DNA of 64,000 bases from Polyangiaceae bacterium (GTDB taxonomy: Bacteria; Myxococcota_A; Polyangia; Polyangiales; Polyangiaceae): assembly GCA_044376115.1 (NCBI GenBank), contig JBILLK010000002.1, positions 1-64,000 of the forward strand, read 5' to 3'. The notes under the pieces were generated by a model that had not been told where the DNA came from, searched no databases, and saw nothing but the letters and a program-made list of their open reading frames with translations. A program made the position numbers and the translations under genes. This document shows, one piece after another, positions 8,323-17,833 of the stretch. Numbering within the stretch: the stretch's first letter is position 1; each line of letters opens with the position of its first letter.

Positions 8323-9990
8323 TCAGGGCAACAAATTCGCGAGCCGCGCAATCAACGCTTGAGCCGAGCCGTTGACCTCCGGATCGCGACAGACCGAACC
8401 AACCACGCCGCGCTCAGCGAGACCGCGCGTAACCTCGAGCTGCCGCGTGCCGGGCATCGCGAAGGAGCGGATTTGGGTCGTGCCAGCGCAGATCGGGTCG
8501 TCACAGCTCTGGTCGATGCACTCTGCGCATAGGTTTGCAGTGGGGATCTCTTCCTCCAGGCCGAAGATGCAGGCGTATTGCAACGAGTCGTTTTCGCTGA
8601 TGGAGCGCTCCCCGCCGTTGATGGTGTTGTCCGTCGCAACGGCGGCGCCGGTGGCCGGGCTCTGGCCGGTGCGCGGCTTGACCGACTCGCGGGCAAACGG
8701 ATCTTGCACTGCGCCGGTGACCCACTCCCACGCTCCTGTCTGTGCGAGGGTGGTGGTGGTCACAGTGGGGCTAGCTGCATTGGTCGGGTCCTCGACGATG
8801 TCCTGCCAGGGTACGCCAACGATCGTCTGCAGTGTCACCTGGCTGGCCTGCCTGCCGCCCGCGAAGAGCGGGTTTTGTTGCAGATTGACGCCCACCAGTG
8901 AGAGCGAGCTCGGGTCAATCTGCGACGAGCTGAGCGCGTTGACGTAGCGCTCCGTGGGGTACAAGAAGTCCACGCCGTAGCGGCCTTTTTGATCGAAGCA
9001 CTTGAGGTTGGGGTGGTCTTCACCGAGTTCATACTTGGGTGTCGCACAGGCTGCGTCGGGCTCACAACCCTCCGGTGTTGGTAGACCGCAGCTGGTGCAG
9101 CAGGCGCTGTCTGGCGCTGTCTCGCAGATGCTGGTGGAGCGGAAGAAGGGCTGAGAGTTGAGAGCCAAAAAGCCCTGACTCTCGACCATGGTCGAGCAAT
9201 CGTTTTCGTTGGAGAGCATCACCACGGCGAGGTTGGAGGTGGGCCGCAAGAAGGCGGCTCGTTGCTCGAGCACCACCGAATCCACACCGCTCTTGGCTAG
9301 CTGGCTTTGAACGACGCTAAGTGAAGCGTAGGGTTCGGGGTCCACGAGGAAGCGGGTCATCGCCTCGAGTGGCATTTCATAGCCGCAGCCGACTTCGTCG
9401 GTTCCCAGGACGATCTGCTTTGCGCTGGCGATGAAGGCCTCGATCGAAGCCTCGCCTGGCGGGCTCATGACGCCGTCGGCGTCATAGGCCAAGAAGCCCA
9501 AATCTTGGTACGTCGAGCCGGTGAGCCCACGGCTGAGCAGGCGGCCTTTGTCATCAGCATGGAGTACGCTTGAGGCGCTGCAGGCGCCGGAGGTCAAATC
9601 CCCGAGGCTGGAGGAGATCACGCCCAAGTGAATGTCGCGCACCGGCGCGAACGGGCGCGCCGAGCCGGCTGGACACTCCCCAGCGCTCTCCACCACAGCG
9701 CCGTTTGCGGCGAGGCACGGCGGGCTGGTCAGCCAGCGCAACGTTTGCTCGAGCTCCTGCGCGAAGCGAGCTTGCGAGGGCCCCATGCCGATCGAGTTGT
9801 CCACCACCAGCAGCAGATCCAAGCGCTCATCGGCGGTGACCACGCCACCGCCATTGCCGCCGTTACCGCCGTTACCACCATTGCCGCCGCCGCCGTCTTC
9901 GGGACCGTCACCGATCACCGTCTTCGACTCGACGCAGCCAGAAACCACAAGCCCAAGGGACAGCAGAATGGAGGCAGATTGTGTTCGCAT
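8323..9990 (-). CDS. Cys-rich myxobacterial lipoprotein with a vWA-like N-terminal motif
   Basis: Lipobox VVSGC, Gly linker, DLLLVVDNSIGM and GCGYEMPLEAM motifs, many Cys. Confidence 0.8.
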   Translation of the reverse strand: MRTQSASILLSLGLVVSGCVESKTVIGDGPEDGGGGNGGNGGNGGNGGGVVTADERLDLLLVVDNSIGMGPSQARFAQELEQTLRWLTSPPCLAANGAVVESAGECPAGSARPFAPVRDIHLGVISSSLGDLTSGACSASSVLHADDKGRLLSRGLTGSTYQDLGFLAYDADGVMSPPGEASIEAFIASAKQIVLGTDEVGCGYEMPLEAMTRFLVDPEPYASLSVVQSQLAKSGVDSVVLEQRAAFLRPTSNLAVVMLSNENDCSTMVESQGFLALNSQPFFRSTSICETAPDSACCTSCGLPTPEGCEPDAACATPKYELGEDHPNLKCFDQKGRYGVDFLYPTERYVNALSSSQIDPSSLSLVGVNLQQNPLFAGGRQASQVTLQTIVGVPWQDIVEDPTNAASPTVTTTTLAQTGAWEWVTGAVQDPFARESVKPRTGQSPATGAAVATDNTINGGERSISENDSLQYACIFGLEEEIPTANLCAECIDQSCDDPICAGTTQIRSFAMPGTRQLEVTRGLAERGVVGSVCRDPEVNGSAQALIARLANLLP

Positions 9991-9998
9991 ACTGGGGA

Positions 9999-10027
9999 GT
10001 GCGCCGCGCGCCCTTCGATCGGCTCAA
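9999..10027 (-). promoter_or_regulatory. Putative ECF-sigma promoter, copy A (TGAGCCGATC-N13-CGCAC)
   Basis: Minus strand reads TTGAGCCGATCGAAGGGCGCGCGGCGCAC, ending 8 nt before the ATG at 9990; spacing identical to copies B and C. Confidence 0.65.
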
Positions 10028-10079
10028 AGTATTTGAGCACTGTGTTCGATTGTTTGGCGGATAACTTTTTTCATTTTGG

Positions 10080-10108
10080 GTGAGCCGATCCGAGCCCGAA
10101 CTTCGCAC
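10080..10108 (+). promoter_or_regulatory. Putative ECF-sigma promoter, copy B, upstream of mbnP-mbnH
   Basis: GTGAGCCGATCCGAGCCCGAACTTCGCAC; 25/29 identical to copy C; preceded by a T-tract. Confidence 0.65.
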
Positions 10109-10183
10109 GGAGGTGCGCGCGAGCCTGCGGCTTGCGACATCGTGTCGCATTTCGCTCTGGCGCGGGCGTGGCAGGCTGCGCTC

Positions 10184-11155
10184 ATGCAATTCGCTTCTTC
10201 GCGTCACCTGCTCGCCCTTTTGTGCTCAATCGCCGCTGCCGCGGCCTTCGCTGGCTGTGACGGCGACAGCACTGAATCCCAACCAACGGCCGAGCCGGAG
10301 AGCTTCTCCCTGGCCTTCTCCGCGGTGCTCGCCGGCTCCGACGTGGCCTGCGGCGCCGATATCCCCGGCGTCGGACCCGACGGAACCCATTCGGTCGGCG
10401 TCAGCGATCTGCGCTTCTACGTCTCCAACTTGCGCTTCCTCGATGCCAACGGCGAGGAGGTCGAGGTCACGCTCGACGACAATGAGTTCCAGCTCAACAG
10501 CGCCGCAGGCTCGGTGGCGCTGATCGACCTCACTGGTAATAGCGGCGGAAGCTGTGAGGCCAGCGCTATCGCCTTTGCTGAAGGCACTGCGCGGACCAAC
10601 GCCGTCATCACCGGTAAGACCTTCCCCAGCCAGGTCACCAGCATCGCCTTCGATATCGGTGTACCGCAGCCGCTGATGAAGGAAGTGATCGCGAACAACA
10701 CGCTGGAGGGCGCTCCCACGCCGCTCAATGAGATGTACTGGTCGTGGGCCAGCGGGTACCGCCATTTCGTCTTCAACTTCGCCGTGACCGATGAAGCCGC
10801 CGAATCGGGCGGTGGCTACCTGCATATCGGAAGCCGCAACTGTGGGCCGGATGACGGCTTGGCGCTGGCTGATCGCGAGAACTGCGAGTTCGTCAATACC
10901 CCGCAGTTTGCTGCGGACTTCAACCTCGCGACCGATAAGGTCCAGCTCGATCTGACGGCGCTCGTCGCCTCGGTCGATCTGGTGGCGCCGATCTACGATC
11001 CGATGACCTTCGAGGTGATCGGCGAGGGCGTTGGAGCCGAATGTCACTCCTCCCCGATGCAGGAGGACTGCGCCAGCGTGTTCGAGGTATTCGGCTTGGC
11101 GATGGATTCGGGCGCAGCCGACGCATCGAAGAATCAGCTGTTCTCGGTCCGATGA
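10184..11155 (+). CDS. mbnP: MbnP-family copper-binding lipoprotein
   Basis: Lipobox FAGC; DLRFYVSN, FDIGVP, MYWSWASGY (WxW), HIGSRNC and CHS motifs; ATGA overlap with a di-heme enzyme gene. Confidence 0.85.
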   Translation: MQFASSRHLLALLCSIAAAAAFAGCDGDSTESQPTAEPESFSLAFSAVLAGSDVACGADIPGVGPDGTHSVGVSDLRFYVSNLRFLDANGEEVEVTLDDNEFQLNSAAGSVALIDLTGNSGGSCEASAIAFAEGTARTNAVITGKTFPSQVTSIAFDIGVPQPLMKEVIANNTLEGAPTPLNEMYWSWASGYRHFVFNFAVTDEAAESGGGYLHIGSRNCGPDDGLALADRENCEFVNTPQFAADFNLATDKVQLDLTALVASVDLVAPIYDPMTFEVIGEGVGAECHSSPMQEDCASVFEVFGLAMDSGAADASKNQLFSVR

Positions 11156-12345
11156 GGCGCAAGACGGAGTGGCCGGCTTTTGCGCTCGTTGCGCTCAGCG
11201 CGCTCGTCGCAGGCTGTCCGGAGGAGTCGAGCGATGAGCCTCCGCCGGCGGTCGATGAAGAGGCGCGCTTACGCGAGCTCTTGGGCATTCCGGGGCATCT
11301 CGGCGTGCCCGCGGTGCCGGCCAGCAATCCGCTGACGCGCGAAAAGATCGAGCTCGGTCGACGCCTCTTTTACGATCAGCGGCTGTCGGCGAACGAGACG
11401 CAGTCGTGCGCTTCGTGTCATCTGCAGTCGCTGGCCTTCGCCGATGGCGAGGTCGCGCCCGTCGGCTCCACCGGCGATCAGTTGGTACGCAACAGCCAGG
11501 GTTTGGCGAACGTCGCTTATTACTCCACCTTCACCTGGGCCAATAACGGCCTGCTCACGCTCGAGACGCAAATCCCCATCCCGATCCGCAACGACAACCC
11601 GACCGAGCTCGGTGTCTCCGACGGCGTGCTCGAAGAGGTGCTGCTGCGCTTCGAGAACGATGCTGACTACCGCGAGCGCTTCAAGCTCGCCTTCCCGGAG
11701 GCCGAAGACGACGCGGTGACGTTCAACAAGGTGGTCTTCGCCTTGGCGAGCTTTTGTCGCTCGCTGATCAGCGCCGGCAGCCCGTATGACCGCTACCTCG
11801 CAGGGGATACGGCGGCGCTCTCGGAGAGCGCACGACGCGGGCTGGCGCTCTTCAACGGCGAACGGCTGGAGTGCTTCCATTGTCACCGTGGGGCGAACTT
11901 GACCGTGGCCTATCGCGATATGGACACCTTGCCCGGCAGCGTCTCCTATCCCTTCTTCAACAACGGCCTATACAACGTCGACGGTGAAGGTGCGTACCCC
12001 GCGCAGGATCAAGGCCTGTTCGACCTAACCTTCAATCCCGAACACAAGGGCCTATTTCGCCCGCAGGGACTGCGCAATATCGCGCTGACGGCGCCCTACA
12101 TGCATGACGGCAGCATCGCCACCTTGCGCGAGGTGATTGAGCATTACGCAGCGGGCGGCCGCTTGATCGAAGAAGGGCCCTTCGCTGGGGACGGCCGCGT
12201 AAGCCCGCTAAAATCCGGCCTGGTGCGCGGCTTCACCCTCTCCGAGCAGGAGTTCGCCGATGTTCTGGCCTTCCTCGAGTCCCTGACCGACCAGAGCTTC
12301 GTCGAGAACCCCGCGTACGCGAACCCGTTCGACGAGGCGCCGTAG
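11152..12345 (+). CDS. mbnH: MbnH-family di-heme enzyme (MauG/cytochrome c peroxidase superfamily)
   Basis: Two heme motifs CASCH and CFHCH; ELGRRLFYD and LRNIALTAPYMHDGS; lipobox LVAGC. Confidence 0.9.
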   Translation: MRRKTEWPAFALVALSALVAGCPEESSDEPPPAVDEEARLRELLGIPGHLGVPAVPASNPLTREKIELGRRLFYDQRLSANETQSCASCHLQSLAFADGEVAPVGSTGDQLVRNSQGLANVAYYSTFTWANNGLLTLETQIPIPIRNDNPTELGVSDGVLEEVLLRFENDADYRERFKLAFPEAEDDAVTFNKVVFALASFCRSLISAGSPYDRYLAGDTAALSESARRGLALFNGERLECFHCHRGANLTVAYRDMDTLPGSVSYPFFNNGLYNVDGEGAYPAQDQGLFDLTFNPEHKGLFRPQGLRNIALTAPYMHDGSIATLREVIEHYAAGGRLIEEGPFAGDGRVSPLKSGLVRGFTLSEQEFADVLAFLESLTDQSFVENPAYANPFDEAP

Positions 12346-12446
12346 CGCCCTCGATCTTCAGCGAACGTCGATGGTGAGGTCATGCCTGGTGAGTGTCACC
12401 ATCCTCCCAGAATTCCAACATCGCGCGCACGATTCGGGGCGCACTC

Positions 12447-13532
12447 TCAGGCCACGACGCACGCAACATCATGCCGCTCCGGCGCGACCTGCGCGAGTGG
12501 AGCCGCTGCGAGCAGCAACCTGCCCTGGCCGCCCGCTGCCGGCGCGAAACGCAGCTCGACGGTTATCAACGTCGGCATGGCAACGCGAGCCCATTCCTCG
12601 AATCCGAGAACCTTGAGTTTCCTCAGATGAGCGAGTGAGGCACCGGCTGGAAGCGCAACATCGGCGAAATCGAGTGTTAGCGCTTCGACCAGGGAACGTG
12701 GGGCATCAAATGCCCTTTCCACCACGCTTGGCTCTGCGGGGCCAAACGGTCCACCGACGGTGACTCGAACCCGCTCCAGAGACAGGAGCCCTTCGGGCTG
12801 GTGAACGGTGATGCTGAGTCCGCGAAATGCACTTCCGTGGTTCCGGAACGTGGCATTCCACTCAACTACGGCGGCTTGTTCGGCTGCGAGGTCTTCAGCA
12901 TTCACGAGCGCCACATTCGGCTCCGTCGGTTGCTCGATCCCCGAAGGCGCATAGCTCAGCGTACGCGCGCCCGGCCGGGTGGTGGATTCGTCCTGGCAGT
13001 AGTTGAACCCAGTCGTAACCGCGTCCACCGGCAAGCCAAGCGCGATTGCCAGCTCTCGCAAGTTGTCCTCGACGAAGGAGTGCTTTCGCTCGAGCGCATC
13101 AGCCGCGACAGTTCGCTTGAGATCAGGAAAGGCTTGTCGCCAAGGGCGGAACCCTCCCTCGCTTACGTGCGCTCCCTCAACGTCACGTTCTACGAAGCCA
13201 AGCGCTTCACCTCCGCCGAAAAGCTGCATCAGGAGATAGTCGCTGTCGTGGACCAACGTGGACACCACGGTCGCGCCGGTGAAGCTCGATATGTCGGAAG
13301 CAAGGCGCGCGAGCACCTCCTGATCCTGCGCTTCGGTCCCCTCGTCGTAAACCGCGATCCACCCATCGACTGGGACAAGTAGAACGCGACGCCTCGGGCC
13401 CTCCGTTGCAGCGGAAAGCCTGTTCCAGCCATCCGCCTGGAGGGCTCGATCGACGGCTACCGCAACGACTTCTAGCGCGTCGAGTTCCCCGCTCGTGGCG
13501 CGAACGAGCACGTTGGTGAAGAAAGCCCCCAT
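12447..13532 (-). CDS. Hypothetical protein
   Basis: 361 aa ORF with globular composition (GWIAVYDE, VHDSDYL); family not recognised. Confidence 0.7.
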   Translation of the reverse strand: MGAFFTNVLVRATSGELDALEVVAVAVDRALQADGWNRLSAATEGPRRRVLLVPVDGWIAVYDEGTEAQDQEVLARLASDISSFTGATVVSTLVHDSDYLLMQLFGGGEALGFVERDVEGAHVSEGGFRPWRQAFPDLKRTVAADALERKHSFVEDNLRELAIALGLPVDAVTTGFNYCQDESTTRPGARTLSYAPSGIEQPTEPNVALVNAEDLAAEQAAVVEWNATFRNHGSAFRGLSITVHQPEGLLSLERVRVTVGGPFGPAEPSVVERAFDAPRSLVEALTLDFADVALPAGASLAHLRKLKVLGFEEWARVAMPTLITVELRFAPAAGGQGRLLLAAAPLAQVAPERHDVACVVA

Positions 13533-13590
13533 CTACGGCGCTTCTTCGCACGACTTGAAGCGCTCGTCGAGACCAGGCCGGGCGGCGACT

Positions 13591-14349
13591 TCAGCGCAGT
13601 AAGCCCCGCCGAACGAACTCGGCGCGCAAGGCGTTTGCGTCTTCACAAACGGCGACCCCGGGCGGCGCCTGCTCCTCCCGGCCGGCGAACCAGATGGCCT
13701 GCATTCCGGCGCCGAGCGCACCCAGCACGTCGGCGCGGAGCGAATCACCAACGTGAACGATCTCAGCCGCGGGCAGGCGCATCGCCGTGGCAAAGGCGTC
13801 GAAAATCCGCGGATCTGGCTTGGCAACGCCAAACACGCCCGAGTCGATCAACGGCTCGAACAGCGTGGCGAGCCCCAGCTCCTCAGCCAGCAGCTGGGCC
13901 CGCCCCTCCGAGTTGGTCAGAATCCCGATCGGTACGCCGGCCGCCTTGAGCTCCCGACAAAGCTCCGGCATCCCGGGCAGCAGTTTGCGCCACAGGTTGT
14001 GTCGCGGCTGATCGAGCCACAAGGCCTCGACCACGCGCTCGAGCTCGCTGGCGGGCTCTGCGCCAGCATGCTCCAGCAGCGCGCGCATGAAGGGCTTCCA
14101 AGGATGGTTGGCCGCTCCGCTGGCGATGGCTGCGTTGTAGGCGCTGCGTGCGCTGGGGAGGGCCGCCTCGAGTCGAGCGAGCTCTGCGCTCAACCCTTCA
14201 CGCTCGAGCTTCTGCAGCAGCAGCCGCTCGTCGAGCGCTACGATCGTATCGCCGAAGTCAAAGGACACTCCGCGAACCGGCGTACAGACTCGCCCCTGGT
14301 ACGATCCCTCCGTTGCTCGTACGAGATTGGTCACCGGGCAAAGCTTCAC
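13591..14349 (-). CDS. HAD-superfamily hydrolase (true start probably further downstream)
   Basis: FDFGDT motif I, ILTN, KPDPRIF, HVGDSLRADVLGA. Confidence 0.9.
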   Translation of the reverse strand: MKLCPVTNLVRATEGSYQGRVCTPVRGVSFDFGDTIVALDERLLLQKLEREGLSAELARLEAALPSARSAYNAAIASGAANHPWKPFMRALLEHAGAEPASELERVVEALWLDQPRHNLWRKLLPGMPELCRELKAAGVPIGILTNSEGRAQLLAEELGLATLFEPLIDSGVFGVAKPDPRIFDAFATAMRLPAAEIVHVGDSLRADVLGALGAGMQAIWFAGREEQAPPGVAVCEDANALRAEFVRRGLLR

Positions 14350-14537
14350 ACGAAATGGTCGCAGTCACGCGAACCGTTTCGAAGCGTCTCTAGCTTTCGT
14401 GCGCGCCCCAATGGCTCGAGCGTTCAATTTGGAGCAACGAACTGTTTTCGGCGTCCTAGGCGATGGCTCGAATCCTTTGCGGCCGAACCAGCTCTCTCCA
14501 AGCGGAAGGCAACAGTGTCAGCCTTCGAGGAGATGTC

Positions 14538-15815
14538 ATGCGATTGAACAGCCGTAGTGTCTTTGCCTTTGCCGCCGCCCTTGCGCTCACCGTTGCTGGC
14601 CCAGGTTGCTCTGATGATGAGTCCAGTGGCGGGGGCGGCAGCGGAGCCGAGACCCCAGGTGGGGGCGGAGCAGGAGGAGGTACTGGCGGCGCTCCCGAAG
14701 GCGGTCAGGGTGGTACCGGCGGAAACGAGGCCTCGCCCGAGAGCGACGAGGTGGAGGTGCGGCTTGCGTTGCGCGGGCTGTTTGAGGACCGCGTGGTTTG
14801 GACACGCGCCTATCTCGTGGACTCGATCGATGACCTGCCAGGCCGGGAGCTCTCTGCGGCGCGCCTGCTACAGAACGGCGAGGACTTCGGCGCGGCAGTG
14901 GCACCGTTTTACGGTGCTGATGCGGGCGATCAGCTGGCGAGCCTGATGAACGCGGCTGTTGGTCACGCTGCAACGGCTGTGGATGCTGCTATCGCGGGCG
15001 ACCAAGCCGGATTCGCTGCGGCTCGTGAAGATTGGTACGGATCTGCCGATGACGTGGCTGCGCTGCTTGCCTCAGCGAACCCCGTTTGGATCGAAGCGGA
15101 CGTCTCCATGATGCTTCGTTCATGCATTGATGACGCAGTGGCTGAGGCGATGGGGCGTATGCAAGGCGACCATGAGGCTGAGATCGCGGCCTTTGATGCT
15201 CACAAGGTGACTTCGTTTGCTGTGGCGGATGCTCTCGCAGGCGGGCTCGCGGCGCAGTTCCCCGATAAGGTTGGGCCCAAAGGCACCACCGATAAGCAGC
15301 AAGAGCTTCGTGTCGCTATGCGGTCGCTATTTTTTGACCGCTCCGCCTTCGTCAGGTTCTTCCTGACCGATACGATCGAAGGTCTTTCGTCCCAACCGCA
15401 AACGGTCGCGCGCTTGATGCAGAACAACCAAGATATCGGTCAGGCCATTGCGCCCTTCTATGGAGAGCCCGCGGCGGCGCAGTTGAGTGACTTGTTGGAC
15501 GCTGGATTAGGAGACGCGGCCGCCGCCGTCACAGCCGCTATGAATGATGACGCGGTGGCCTTCGAGGCGGCCAAGAACAGCTGGTACGGTCACGCGGACG
15601 AGACGGCAGAGTTTCTCGCGTCTGCGAATCCGAATTGGCCCGTCGATGCGCTGAAGACGATGCTCCACGCCTGCGTGGACGACGCGCTCGCGGAGGCATC
15701 CGCAAGACTCTCGGATGATTGGGAGGCTGACGTCAGTGCCCACGACACGTTGCGCGCGCAAGCGCGTTCGGTTGCCGACGCACTAGGCAATGGAGTTGCG
15801 CTGCAGTTCCCGTGA
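14538..15815 (+). CDS. Lipoprotein with two tandem copies of a helical domain
   Basis: GAGGAG SD; signal ending GPGC; internal duplication (LRGLFEDRVVWTR...APFYG...WYG...LASANP vs MRSLFFDRSAFVR...APFYG...WYG...LASANP). Confidence 0.85.
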   Translation: MRLNSRSVFAFAAALALTVAGPGCSDDESSGGGGSGAETPGGGGAGGGTGGAPEGGQGGTGGNEASPESDEVEVRLALRGLFEDRVVWTRAYLVDSIDDLPGRELSAARLLQNGEDFGAAVAPFYGADAGDQLASLMNAAVGHAATAVDAAIAGDQAGFAAAREDWYGSADDVAALLASANPVWIEADVSMMLRSCIDDAVAEAMGRMQGDHEAEIAAFDAHKVTSFAVADALAGGLAAQFPDKVGPKGTTDKQQELRVAMRSLFFDRSAFVRFFLTDTIEGLSSQPQTVARLMQNNQDIGQAIAPFYGEPAAAQLSDLLDAGLGDAAAAVTAAMNDDAVAFEAAKNSWYGHADETAEFLASANPNWPVDALKTMLHACVDDALAEASARLSDDWEADVSAHDTLRAQARSVADALGNGVALQFP

Positions 15816-16964
15816 GCTGATTCCCCCACCGTGCAAGCCCCCGGGGCCGGCGTGATCGCTGGCCCCACCCCGTTTTGCTCTGAGGTGGGCCAACGCCTCG
15901 GCCAACGTATGCACACGCAGAACGTTGGTTAGATTGTCACTCTCCTGCGCCCAATCCATGAGCGCGAAGAGCTGCGTGGGATTGTCGGCCAGGCGCTGCG
16001 GCGCTGCTTCGAAGTACTCCAGGTAGAAGCGCGCGACGCGCTCAGGATTGAGCGTCAACACTCGCTCGAGCGCGGCTCGCACTGTCGCGTGCAGTGTGAA
16101 ATGCGAGGCCCGCGGCTCCTGGATCAAGCGGAGCGAACAAAGGCTGCGAATCGCTCCGCTGTCTGCGGGGGTGAGCCGCGCGAGGACGCGCAGCGCCTCG
16201 TCGCCGATGGCGTCGCCCCGCGAGGACGCGAGCACTGCAAGGAGTCTCTTCTCGGGAGGACCCAAGCGCCTGAGCGCGATCATGACCATCGCACGCACCT
16301 CGGGAATGTCGTCCTCGTGCGCCATCGGCACCACGCGATCAACGCCGGCCTTTGTGAGCGCGACCTCGAGCTCCGCTAGCGTGGCTCTCTTGGTGGCCAC
16401 GAGACCGTCGGCTACGTCGAGGGCCACCGCATTCCATCGCAACGTGCGCGTCAGACTCGCGACCCGGGGAAAAAGAACTTCACGCCGTTCAATCAGTGGA
16501 GGTACCACCGGAAAGATCGAGATCCCTCCGAGCAAGCAGCGTCGCGCAGTCAGCACCCAGGTGACCGGGAGACCCCGCAGCTTTGCGAGTACCGCCGCCG
16601 TCGTTGCATCGCTCTCGTGGTTGTCCAACACAACTAGCGCGGGCTCTGCGCCGATCGCCTTGCGCACGCTGCGCTCGGGGTTTGTGCCCGGGGCGTGCCC
16701 GAGTCCGAACGCCATCATTTCCAACACCGTTTGAGGGTCCCAGTTTCCGATCCGCACCCACGCAACGTGCCCGGCGAAGTGTCGCATCAAGCGATGTCCG
16801 AGCGCCGCGGCGAGCGTGCTTTTCCCGCTGCCTCCCCCGCCGATCAACGCGAGCGTCGTCGGATGATCGCCGCGGACAAGCTTGCTCAACGTGGCCAGCT
16901 CGCGCCCTCGACCACGGAAGCTCGTTGGCCGCGGGGGGAACGATTCATGCCGATAAGGACTCAT
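15783..16964 (-). CDS. NB-ARC/STAND-like P-loop ATPase with winged helix
   Basis: FRGRGREL, Walker A GGGGSGKST, Walker B LVVLDNHE, sensor LTARR, FTLHATVR; ATG 16964 overlaps the upstream stop (ATGA). Confidence 0.85.
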   Translation of the reverse strand: MSPYRHESFPPRPTSFRGRGRELATLSKLVRGDHPTTLALIGGGGSGKSTLAAALGHRLMRHFAGHVAWVRIGNWDPQTVLEMMAFGLGHAPGTNPERSVRKAIGAEPALVVLDNHESDATTAAVLAKLRGLPVTWVLTARRCLLGGISIFPVVPPLIERREVLFPRVASLTRTLRWNAVALDVADGLVATKRATLAELEVALTKAGVDRVVPMAHEDDIPEVRAMVMIALRRLGPPEKRLLAVLASSRGDAIGDEALRVLARLTPADSGAIRSLCSLRLIQEPRASHFTLHATVRAALERVLTLNPERVARFYLEYFEAAPQRLADNPTQLFALMDWAQESDNLTNVLRVHTLAEALAHLRAKRGGASDHAGPGGLHGGGISSRELQRNSIA

Positions 16965-17833
16965 GCGCGTCCCTCGCCAGCCAAGGCCTCGAGCAGTGCG
17001 TCGACAAGCAACGACGCGTCGTCGAGCCAGGGGCGGGTCGCACGTCGTCGTACGAGGTCGATCATATGGAGGTGTTGCATGTACGCAGGCGGCACTTCGC
17101 CGTCGAGGGAGACCGCGAGTACTCGCTTGTCCTTCGCGACCGCATAGCCCACCTCGAACGCGCAAAAGGTGCTCGCGCGGAAGGCCCGCGACACGAGCGC
17201 AATGAAGAGCGGACGATCCTCGAGCTCCTTCACAATCGCGCGACGCCAATCCTCTCCTCCGATGATCGAGTCCGCGCACATGAATAGGTCCGCGCGAAAC
17301 TGCCTGCGTAAGTACGCAAGAGCGGGCGAGATCGTCGGCTCGTCGACGACGGCGTGCGAGAGGAACGCGCGCTCGAGACCGCGGGCGGGCTCTGCCTCAT
17401 CTCCCGAAGACAGCGCGCTCTTCACCGCGCGGTACAAGTGCAGATCCTCTGACGCGACCGAGCGGACCACGAACCCCTCGAAGACCGCCTCGAGCAGCCC
17501 GGCCGCGATGCCCACGCCGAGCACGAGCTTGCGCGACGCATGGACGGTCGCCACGTGCGCGCGGAGGCCATCGAGGTCCGTCCCATCGGTGAGTACGACG
17601 AGCTCGCGCGCCGAGGTGGGGCCAGGCGCGCGGTGGTACGCCATGCTCGCGCCGTCGGCGGCCAGTCGCTCAGCGAGGTTCTCGAGCGAAGGGCCCGCGA
17701 CGAAGCATCGGTCCACGAGAGCCGCCGCGGTTTCTCCGCATCGCCAGCCATCTGAGCCGGCGAGCGCGGTCTGGTGTGTGCCGTCGCAAAGTGGAAACAC
17801 CTTCGAGCGCCCGCACACGCAACGCTTTTTCAT
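16961..17833 (-). CDS. CDGSH iron-sulfur motif fused to a TIR domain
   Basis: N-terminal CVCGRSKVFPLCDGTH; C-terminal TIR AFLSHA..D, IIGGEDWRRAI, FIALVS...STFCAFE (Glu227). Confidence 0.88.
   Translation of the reverse strand: MKKRCVCGRSKVFPLCDGTHQTALAGSDGWRCGETAAALVDRCFVAGPSLENLAERLAADGASMAYHRAPGPTSARELVVLTDGTDLDGLRAHVATVHASRKLVLGVGIAAGLLEAVFEGFVVRSVASEDLHLYRAVKSALSSGDEAEPARGLERAFLSHAVVDEPTISPALAYLRRQFRADLFMCADSIIGGEDWRRAIVKELEDRPLFIALVSRAFRASTFCAFEVGYAVAKDKRVLAVSLDGEVPPAYMQHLHMIDLVRRRATRPWLDDASLLVDALLEALAGEGRA

Noticed and set aside
8323..9990. Biosynthetic or toxin role for the Gly-rich linkers in lipoproteins
   Set aside because: Such Gly/Ser/Ala linkers occur in many lipoproteins here and look like generic tethers.
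10158..10173. Sigma-54 promoter (TGGCGCG-N4-TGGCA) before mbnP
   Set aside because: GG-N10-GC spacing fits, but the match is weak in GC-rich DNA and a better-supported motif lies upstream.
16965..17279. N-terminal extension of the ATPase given in the ORF track
   Set aside because: It overlaps the TIR coding frame; ATG 16964 with an ATGA overlap is the more plausible start.
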